Of a stretch of DNA of 64,000 nt, positions 1-10,736 are shown piece by piece. The stretch covers positions 1 through 64,000 of the forward strand of contig JALDZX010000062.1 in the NCBI GenBank assembly GCA_022813865.1, given 5' to 3'. How positions within the stretch are numbered: the stretch's first letter is position 1; every line of letters starts with the position of its first letter. Below the pieces are notes generated by a model, which saw only the letters and a program-made list of their open reading frames with translations, was not told the origin of the DNA and made no database searches. A program made the translations under genes and the position numbers. The DNA comes from Xylographa opegraphella. Taxonomy: Eukaryota.

Positions 1-1517
1 TAGAACTAGCCTTCAGGTATTCCTTTATGCCTACCAGCAAGTGATGCTTCTACCAATTAACAACCTTCGACGTTACCTTACGCAGCGCGATTTTTTACGC
101 AGTGATTTTTTTATCTTAAACGATTTCTGTGTAAGGAATTTCGTTTGCGTAAAGATTTTTTAGGCCTAGTTCAATAGTTGAAACAAACTTTATACTATAT
201 ATCCTATGCTTAACATCTACCAAGGCACGACGGCGACTTGAACAACGCCATTACGCAAATTCTGGTATAGACTTAATGCGGTCTAGTGTCCCACTATGGC
301 GAGCTAAAATTAATCCATGCTTACGCAGCGCGGTTTGCTTACCTGGGTGCTGAAGGTGCCTATTGGCGGACGGATCATTTCCTGTGTTTCATCAGTGGGG
401 TATTTTGTCCGTGAGTATACCTCAGTAGAATGTCTGAGTCTCTTCAGATTGAGGCGCCTGACATACCTGTTCGACGACCAACGACCTTTATATGGGAGGC
501 ACAGTATTGTGCATATCTTTCGCTTTATTACACACGTCACATTGTTTCACTATCGGCTTCTTCGCCGTGCTCTGTTCTCAAAGCAAATTGCTGGGCAAGG
601 GCATAGTATGCCAAGGACACATGAGCCCTACAATTTATCGACACTTAAGCTTCTTGGGAAGATTTGAGGATAAGATGGTAGTCGAGCCTTGGAAAGACCC
701 TCCGCTCATGGGGCACTTCTCCCGAACAAGGCGGTAAGAACTCGTACAGCGAGCGAGGGACTCTAGGATACTGGATCAAGCAGCAGCGGTCAAGCAGTTG
801 TGCCACACTGGCGGGGAATAACAGGCTGCCACCATTGTTGATACTGAAGTGTGGACATGTGGTTGGAGCTAGCTGTCAACAAAACTCAGCAATTCAACCT
901 ACGAAACAAGCGCGCTCGAAGTGTACATAGTAAGGTATGTCCTGAGTGTCCTGCGGTGGCTCGCGTGATCACCATGAGCGACCTCATGGTGGCTGTTGGT
1001 CTGATATGATACATCAATATCCCGAACCAAGTCTTTGCCCTTAAGTCTTCGATCACCTAACCCCATTGATCCCCTCGACAAGCACATCTTCACCGCCAGA
1101 CTCGCTGCTCCTTCCTTCACTGTCTCGACAGTCTGATTCTGTACGGCAAGCCCTTGGAACCACCGACATCTTTGATAGCCGTGTAGATCTGTAAGGATGA
1201 GTTTGATACTGGACATGACGCACCCCAACACATCACTTCCATGCAGTCCGCATACATGTCCCGCGTTCTTGGTGCGACAACGACTTAGCCGCTGCTCGTT
1301 CACGTACGATAACCTACCCGAGGGTGGTACCGTATCTAATGTTGTGTTGGACGTGCTCTGTAATATGCTTTACGTCTTCGTTCTACTTCAATAACTTCGA
1401 TTCTACGGGCGAAGCAGAAGTTCTCTACCTTCGACGTATAAGAAACTCGTCGGTCTCCGCCTGTATTGTGCTTATTAGACTTGCTAGGCTTTCCTGCTGA
1501 CCTGCTGTAGGCCCTCT

Positions 1518-2682
1518 TCAATCCTTCCATGCCCGGTATACGCTCCGGCTCCCAAAGACCTCCCCTTTCCGCAATCTACACATGCCTCGCCACTCCTCTC
1601 GCCCCGGAGCATTTACATACCGACTTGGTTCCACACAGATCCCGCATCTCTTTCCTCTCTTTTCGACTCTGGCGCCGTGACTCGTCTCACACTCAGGAAC
1701 GTCCACAAACCGACCGCAGTAAAACTGAAATGCTGGCTCGGTGCTGTCGATTTCGAGGTGTAAGCCCGTATGCGGGTGGTGCATGGTGGCGATGGTTTGC
1801 AAAGACTGGGAGCGTGTGTCAAGAGGAATAGAGGCGGGGTCGGCGTTCATGATGAAGCAGTCGTCCGGATCGGGCTCCGTACCGCCAAGTGTGAAAGGTG
1901 TGTTGGGCGTAGAGGGGAGGGAAGGGTACGCCGAGATTTTGCCGGTAGGAATGCCGTCGGGCGTGATTTCTTGGTACAAAGTCGTACCCAGGGTGCAAAT
2001 TGTGCCCTCGACCGTCGAAGCCGGGAGATTGAGATTGAAATAGCTAAGAAGGGTGTATGAGTTCAGTATACAAACGTATACTAAACTCTTCACCGCCGGT
2101 CATTTGATTCGACCACCCAAAGATCGCAAGCCCGTGGAGGGATTCCGACTTGCGCGAAAAAAGGAGAGGAACATCATACCTGTGATTTGTTACCCCGACG
2201 ACCGTCTCCTCGCACTCATCCCCGACCAGCTCGACCTCATACTCCACCTCCAGCACAGTCTTTCCCTCCTCCATTCCCGCCACATACCATACCCTCGCCT
2301 CCACCGTGCCCGGGAAGCCCTCCTCCCCGTCCTTGCTGACATGCCTGAAGAAGACCCCCTCCTTCCCCCTCCTCTCGACCTTCTGCGGTCCCTCCCACGT
2401 CCTCTTACCCCACCCGGTCGGCCCGCCATGCAAGCTGTGCGCCCCGTCGTTCGCACTCAAATGGTAGGTCTTGCCATTGAGGTTGTGCAGCACGGCCCCC
2501 TGAATGCGGTTCGTCGTGCGTCCCACCGTTTCGCCGAAATGCGGGTGCGGGATCCGGTCGTAAAGGACCGCGTCGGGGAAATTCTGCACGATGTTGTGAC
2601 CGGCGACATTGAACTCCTGGATCGCGGCTCCGCGGGGGAGAAAGGTGAAGGCCGACTCGGCGTGAGGGCCAGAGCCGGACAT
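1518..2682 (-). CDS. Aldose 1-epimerase (galactose mutarotase family), 2 exons (2682-2180, 2043-1518)
   Basis: Motifs GETVGRTTNRI, SLHGG and EGFPG; splicing the GT..AG intron 2179-2044 restores TNHSYFNL; C-terminal STEPAFQFY and GICVEP motifs. Confidence 0.93.
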
Positions 2683-3551
2683 GATGCGGGATCGGTACTG
2701 GACCACGAATGAGGTAAGAGGGGATTCGGAGGCCGGAAATAGGAAATGCTTTGTCAAGCTGATCAGACGGCTAGGCCGAGCAGGGTGGTCGGATGATATT
2801 GGGGCCGCCTGGAGGGAGATATTGGAGAGGTGTGGATTAGCTGGATGGTAGGAAAGTGATCTGTCACTGGGCTGATGCTGAGTGGAGGCTGACTGTGCAG
2901 CTCTGAGAGGACTCGCATTGCAGCTCTGAGTTCTTATACGACGAGTAGTCTGCAGTCGCCGTCATGCTTGGCCAAATCAGCTCCGCAACTGGTGGGGTTT
3001 AGGCTATTGGCAGATGTGGGTGGCGGCACGGACTCGACGGCGCCGAGTGCCGAGCTCAGACTTCCGCCGTATCCTGCTTCCGCGATCAGGCATATTCGTA
3101 TCATGAATTGCGACGATCATACGCGCTATCAGAAAGAGCTCGTCGGGGCTGAACCGAAACCGGGTGTTAGGTACACTGAGACTTTATCGGTTTACACTTC
3201 TACTCCATGCGTCTTGACAGACGTTGGTTCCACATATTTGATCGCACTCGACGGTTGAGGACTATGCAAAGATCATTGACCGTCGGGTTGAGCAACGCCA
3301 GAACCTGTATGCGCCGTACTCGGGTATATGCTCCTCTGAATATGCTCCGACACCGACCGCCTACCTTACCTACCCAGATCCTGACACAACTATACATCCA
3401 AGGAGGCCTCAGACTGGTCAAAGCTTGACAAACGCCACGTCCGAATCGGTCAAGGTTGGACCACCAGAGGCCGAGCCAGCGGCCCACTTCGCAAGGCCGT
3501 GATATGTCGTAACTCGGCGCACCTATGTTCGTATGTGATGCCCGTCTCCAT

Positions 3552-4549
3552 TTATTGCGTTCTCGTGCTCGAAAAAGGGTTTGACGCTTCACATGCCCAG
3601 TCGGACATCGATAGGGTCCCGCTCGAGGCATCAAGACCATCGTAAGCTGTGAAGCATTCCTCGGGAGGTAAGCCGTCAAGATTCATGAAGGAGCTCCAGT
3701 CTTCCGGGTGTGGCATGGCTGCATTCGAATCCTCATCCGTCACCCAATCGCTGTATCCGCTTTGCCATTGAAGTGTCGGTGGACCTGAGTGATTTATGTT
3801 CTGAACGGGAGGCCATTTTCGTCCAGATCCACTACGGGTAAATTGAGAATTTGTGGGGCTCTGCAATGGCGGGGTTGGAAGTTGATTGGGAACGAAGGAG
3901 CCATTGTACAACAAATGAGGCCCATTGGACGCGCACCACGACACAGTTGACTCCCGATCACATTCCGATTCTACAGACGGTCGCCTTTGCATCATGTCCG
4001 CACCTTCGCTCACAAGTTTCTTCATCATTTCGTCGGTATCCTCTTCAAAACTGTCGAGCTTGCATTGAGGCTCGAGCTGGAGGACGCCTAGGGTCGCGAG
4101 GATATCGTGGGTCAATGGTCGACCGGTAGAGCAGTCGTTGAGTGGAGGACCTTCCCAGTGCTGGTCCTCAACCAAGCGCCTGTAAAGAATTTGCAGTCCA
4201 TTGACCAGTTGTGTTTGTTGATGTTCCAGCATCTCGACATATCTGAACGAGCAGGTAAGCAATCTTATAGTGAAACGATACCAGGGGCCACGTACCCTTT
4301 AGGATATATCTTGTCGTGAGACTTCTTGCGTTCCCCAAAGACGCAGATCGTGTTGTCTGACCGGCACCGACTGCACGGAGTGGTGCCATCACACTAAGGC
4401 ATCGGTCAATGTGCTGTACAGAGCATCGCCTCTGGGGTATCGTCACCAACCTTTGACTTCTTCAACCGGCAGCGATCACAGGCTTTGCAGACGCGCTTTC
4501 GCACATTGGCATCCCCATCCAACGGCGGAGTTGCTTGACGAGTCGCCAT
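3552..4549 (-). CDS. Zn(II)2Cys6 transcription factor, Fcr1 (fluconazole resistance protein 1)-like, 3 exons
   Basis: Spliced product MATRQATPPLDGDANVRKRVCKACDRCRLKKSK|CDGTTPCSRCRSDNTICVFGERKKSHDKIYPKG|YVEMLEHQQTQLVNGLQILYRR contains a complete C6 cluster followed by a coiled coil. Confidence 0.9.
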
Positions 4550-7500
4550 TGCGGTGCTATGGCGCAGAGGAAGCCGAGGGCGACGGGATTGGAGTAGCTT
4601 TTAAATGGGCCCGAGAGCTTCGTGCACCTTAAGGTTTGAGTGCCTGGAGGTAGGTGGGGGAAGCTTACAGCAGAAAGTTGACTAGATTCTTGAGTGGGTC
4701 AATATGATGAAAATAGTCATCATCGGCGGGAGTAGAGCTCGATTGTATGCGGTGATGTTACACCATCGTAATCGACGTGCAAAAAGTGATCAACTGGCGT
4801 AACAGAATATTAAATGGAAAGCGAGGGAGGGGGGAGTGGGCAGGCCCCCCCCCTTTTACACACGAGGACGGAAACGGATGAGATAAGAGGAAAGGTCTTG
4901 CACCGGGTTGCAAGATGACAGGCAGGAGCACGAAGACAATTTTGCTTTTCGGCGGTGGGCACAAGGGCGCCGCGTGAGCATGCAAAACCGACCAACGAGG
5001 AAGGGGGCGCCAGCGACGACGGCCGTTCGGCTTTAAGAGATGGGGGTGACGGAAGGGCAGGGTGAGTATAATCGTTTGAAGCGGAAGCTGGGTCTCTCGG
5101 GCCAGGCACGGTCATCGTTTGTCGAGCACGATGGGGAGCCACCAGGATCCCAGTCCGAGGCCGCTGCTCGAGCCAAGGACCGCCACCAAAAAGGGTGGGC
5201 TGGCACAATGGCGTTACGCTCGTGGCATTCGAGCACTCTACGAAGTATTAGCCCGGACATGAGCTGCAAACGAGAGGTGACAGAACAGTAGGTTTGCATG
5301 GTAGCAGAAAGGGAGGGGGTTTGAGTGGGCGGGATGTAAAGGCCGTCGACTCCGACGTCAAACGGGAGCGTGGTGAGAGGGTGGGAGAGAGAGAGGGAGG
5401 GGGGGACTGTGGGCGCTATGGCCGTCAGCAGGAAAAGCTTCGAGTGGGAGTTGGACAGGATTCGCAGCAGTCGGACCACGGCAGCGACCTAAAGCCGAGA
5501 AGCGCCCCGTCACCGTCAGTTTGTAACAGCACGAATCCGAATCCGCATCCGAGAAGCGGCCGAGCATGGCATGATAGTCAGCTTGCCAGAGAGCAGCAAG
5601 CAGCAAGCAGCAAGCCGCGAGCAGCGGGCAGAGAAGTCCGCCGAGTGCCTTTCATAATTCGTCGTCCATCGCGGTTGATTACCGATCTTCCGCTGAGCCA
5701 TTTAACATGGGGCCGGGGGCCGGGGGCCGAGGGCCCAGGATTGAAGGCGCCTTGCTTCTCTTGGTCGAAGGATGACGGAGCGTTGGCTGGATACACGGCA
5801 CCTCCAAGTCGAACGGACATTACATAAGTCGCATGTCAGACTCGTCTCTTTTGCTTGTCTGAACGTCTCTCGGCCACAAGCCGCTACTAGGTAGTCATCG
5901 ATTAATAAGTATGACTATTATCACCTACCTCACCTTGCCCTGGCTACCTTACCTACCTCCCTACCTTACCTTTACATACTTTAGTACTTACCTTACTTTG
6001 GTAAGGTAGTCGTCGCTTCGGATCTTGGGAAGCGGTTTTTGAACACACTGCCGAGTACTACGTGTCAAGGATGAGGTACGGTAGGGTAAGTATCCTGCGA
6101 GCCTACCTACCGAGCGAAGGTAGACTACCCTAAGGTACTCTGGCCTACACCCGAAGGCGGGTGAAATAGTGCGCCAGCTTACTCATCGCCCCAGCATGAG
6201 TGAGTCTCTTGAGGTAAGGTACCTTACCTTATTCATCTCCATGGCAGGAACTTTGGTCCTGCTCTTGCTCGGCCCCATCCTCGGACGGGGTTTCGATGTT
6301 GGACTTTGTTACCTACCGTAGGTATACCGTATGGAGTATCATGTCCAACCTCTGCTTGCGTAACGGATATCGCTCTGATGCATTTCCGACGTCAGTCGCA
6401 CCCGTGCGATGGGTATCTTGCATCTGCCCTTGAAGTGTGCTGGCTGCTGACCCGCTAATGAGTAGTCGCCACGTAGGCGTAGCATCCGGTTCACCATTCG
6501 GGCTTACAGCTAGACTCCTTCATAGTAGACTACCTTATATTCCTGCCGCAGGCATGTAAGGCAAGGTACCTTAGGGAGCCAGATCTGAAGCTGATCGAAC
6601 CGCACGTCTTGCATAGCACGCTCATGTACTCGTCCATGCCGTCACTCATTCTGTGTCCCGCGATCGCTGGTGCGAAATGGTGGACGGAGCCAGGATGGAG
6701 ATGCAGTGCAGTTTCACAGTACGAAGTAACGCTTCCACTCCGTTTCGAATACTTGTGACCCGGTCTGGTCTCACCCATCCATCATACCCGAAGGAGCCAT
6801 CTCCGGCGGATAGCTGCTTTTTCTGCAGACTCACTTTGTGCCATTGCTTGAGGGTTCGATTATGCGCGTCACCGCTCGCATCGCCTTGTGCCGGTACCGT
6901 ACTTCTATCGTTTGCGGTCGCAAGTCCGCACGTCATTCGCGCTTCCCGCTGCCATAGACAATTGGCATAGCTCGTTCCCCGAGTTCCCCTTGTCTCGAAA
7001 CCCTTGTCGGCAGGTTCAATGTTAACGAGCCTGGCTGCATTATTCATCGTTCTCCAACTGGAGCCGAGAGTAGGCTTTCCGTAGAAAGCTCCATTGTTCT
7101 ACCGAGTAGTATCATACCGCGCTGCGACGCCATCCAAGCTTTTGCATCCTTCACGATTGTTGCTGTCCCTCGCAGGGAGTCCCTCTGGTGCCTGGGCTGA
7201 GAAATCGATTGGTCCGCCAAGCCGACCAAGAACTTCATTGTGTCACAAGATGTCAGAGCGGAGACCGCTGTTAAATAAATGGTAACGCGAGCTTTGTGGG
7301 GTCACTGGGTGGGGCTGTGGAAACAGACCGCAGAAGAAACGATGTAATGATGATAGAGGCTCGGAGATACTTCCGAGGAGCAAGACTTGGCAGACTATGG
7401 ATAGTCTAGCGCCCGTCCAACCACAGCGGTCCAAGAGCTCGGAAGGATGCACACTACCTGACCTACGACCTTGCTAGGTATATACCTTACTTGTACTTGG

Positions 7501-8047
7501 TAGTACCTGCTTGGTAGTACCATAGGTAAGGTAAGGCAGGTAGTGCAGTACTGTGTGAATGCGTAGGGCGACTTGAGCTGGATTCCAGAGCTGTGCACCA
7601 ATCAGACCATAATATACAGCATACCTTATGCAATTCAACTCGTAGCGAAGTAAAAGCTACGTACTTTAGTAACATTGGCACAACGGACCGCCTTTATGCA
7701 TCCGTAACCTCCGTAGTAGGATATCGCTCCCTCGGTCGTCCGACACCCTCGCCTGGACTAGCCCCCTTGGGCTCTTTATCGGAGCACGCTAAACCGTAGG
7801 CTAAGATAAGGCAGACGAATCCCACAGCCAGCACAATTGGGTGCCGTTCAGATGCTTGTCGACCATTATTCTCACGCACTCATCACGCATAGACTCCTTC
7901 GGTCGCGTGAATTATTGAAACGGTCATGTTCATGCTAGCCCTGACGTCTTCACACCTTGTCCCGCAGACGCCGTTGGGCAGCTTGACGCGTACGGCATAT
8001 CTTTGTTCCGTTACTGTTGCGACCCCACGCCCGTGAAACCAACAGCT

Positions 8048-9784
8048 ATGGCAGAACGCGCTCAAAGAAGCCTCGGCCATGCGTCCAGGTCCAATCACTC
8101 GGTGAGTCCTCGCTCGAGCGAAGATTCTCTGCGCCCGGCAACAAGTCGATCTCCCTCCATCCACCTCAAGTCTATGCCGAGCCCCACTGCTGCCCATCGC
8201 CATTCCTTCAGTGAGCAGTTACGCGGCATGCCGGCCTCGCCCCGCTCCAGTCGCCAGTTTTCGTTGTCTTCTGCCGGGGTCCAGGATCTCATGAACAACC
8301 CTCCGAAAGCTGGAGCTGCAGATCCGGCCTTCGTCGGGCGGGACTGGCACGATATCGCGGTTGGGGAGCTCGTGGATGCTGCTGAAGTGCGCTTTGTGGA
8401 ACTCGATACTGGGGTTGAAGATGCTACGAATGTGAGAGTTATGGAGCATAGATCCTAGAGCTGCCAAAATATCTAACATTCATTCACAGCTGTTGATGGA
8501 TTCGGCGTCTACTGTACTCCTCATCCGCTCTACACGGAACGATACATCGGCGATCGGCACCTTTGACTACAGAGATCTTAACCAATATCTCCTCTTCGCT
8601 ACCGGACGCCTGCGACCAGACGAAGAGCACCTTGCTTTCTATCAAGACCTTGCAAAGAAAGCTCAGCAGGGCCAAGAGATCCCTGTCAGAGATGCAAAAG
8701 CTTTGGGCAGTAAAGAACCCTTTGTGGTGTTGCCACATACTGCGAAACTGACCACAGCCGTCGAGACATTTGGAGGTGGTGTTCATCGAATTGTCGTTGC
8801 GAAAGAAGGAAGCGACGAAGTTACAGGTATTCTGAGTCAATTGAAACTGGTCAACTTTCTTTGGGAGAATGGGCGTAGCTTTCCAGTCATCGACCAGTTG
8901 TATCCACAAACCATCAAGGATTTGGGAATTGGCTCGCAGCATGTTATATCCGTCAAGTATGTAATGATGACCTACCTTGCTCAGAGTAGATGGACACTGA
9001 CTTCCGTCAAGCGGTGATAAGCCTCTAAAGGAAGCTTTGGCTCTGATGGATAAAGAAGGCGTCTCGTCTCTGGCCGTCGTTGACAACCAACTAAACGTCG
9101 TGGGAAATATCTCGACTGCGGATGTCAAGGTATGTGCGGAGAGTTCTTCTTTATGAGTCCCGACTAATGGAAAACAGCTCTTGACGAAGTCGAGCTCCGC
9201 TCCTCTGCTCGATAACACATGTATCCATTTCATCTCTGTTATCCTCTCAACACGTGGTATGAATGATGGCAAGGACTCTTTTCCAGTGTTCCATGTCAGT
9301 CCGTACTCCACATTAGCCCACACGGTCGCCAAACTGTCAGCAACGAAATCTCATAGGTTCTCTTTACTCTAAGAATTCATCTGTTGCCAAGATCAGTTCT
9401 AACATATAATACAGAATGTGGATCGTCGACTCCCCCTCTCCGTCGTCGTCTGGCCCTCCTACTCCATCTATACCGTCTGCAGTCTTGCACAATCCGCTCC
9501 ACGTTGCTTCCTCTCCACAGGCCACGCCGTCGTTTATCTCTGCCTCCGCCTCTCCATCAGTGTCGGCTTCCTCACTTCCTGGTGCCAGTATGTCTGGCCG
9601 CTTGTCTGGTGTCGTGTCTCTCACCGATGTTTTGAACCTCTTTGCTCGTGCTAGCGGCCTCAATCCGAACGACCCAGCCGAGACAAGACGCCATCGACGG
9701 CGGTCGAGCAGTTCTTCCCTCGTAAGAAGCAGTTTGGAATCCGCAAGAAGCTCCAGTGTCGACGTTTCCAAGATATTGCGGTAA
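8048..9784 (+). CDS. SDS23: Sds23/Moc1-family CBS-domain protein, 5 exons
   Basis: Ser-rich N-terminus, then [65 protein letters not shown] and [20 protein letters not shown]; introns start near 8432, 8957, 9130 and 9357. Confidence 0.9.
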
Positions 9785-10736
9785 CCAACCAGTGGCAGCC
9801 TCTACATATGCAACTATACAAGCTGTCTACATCTTGAGATGTACGAGTGCAGTTCTGGACGGTTCAGTGTTGAGTTTCTCTTTCTTATCTCCAGTGTAAA
9901 CGTGCATATATACCTGCGAGTCAGAGCGCTTTAGCGGAGCACGATTCATAGCAAGACATAACGTTCCAAGACTGTGAGTTTTGCGAATGGCTATCAAAGA
10001 GGGGCTGTGAGATGAAGAGGGGATGGATATGGACGCAATGTAGCGAACCGTCTTTCAAATTACATATGCAGCATCCATACCCGAGATGCGCTGCAAAGCC
10101 TAAGTCATCTTTGCATAGCATATCGAGGAGATTTTGATAGTATCTCCGAAATAGGACTCCTTTTGTCCTTGTATAAAAACTGATGGTTTTAATCCCACAA
10201 GAACCGTGGTCATTCATGAAGTTCACAAACACATGGCTTTCAAATTGCTCCTATCACACGCACCTGCCCTTGCTTTGAGTGCCGTGCCCCTTGTGAGGTG
10301 ACTCTCTACTGGATTGGTGCTCGGCGATTTACCTTAGATTTCCTTTCCAAGCTCGTAGGGTTTGATAGACGTTGTGGTAATTCCACTCACAACTTGTACA
10401 ACTGGTCGTCTACCATGGTCTTCGACAAACTCATTTCCCGTCACTCGTTGACTTTAGAGGCAACCAATCTCCCGTTTTTGCTGTACTTGTGTTGAGCAAT
10501 ACCCTGTCAGGCCGTCGATTCACTGGCGCTGAAATTGCATGCAATATCGCTAGCAGGCAAGCAATCCCGCCTTCACGATACTTAAAAGCCTCATCGTCTT
10601 CGCCCACTTTGCTTCTTTATCCTCCAGCAAAATATTACAATCTGCTTCGATCCAAGAGGTTCTCTTACTTTGTCTACTGTCTCACCTCTCGCTCAGAACA
10701 GTGTTTATCAGTCTAGATACGTCAAAGAACGCTTCG

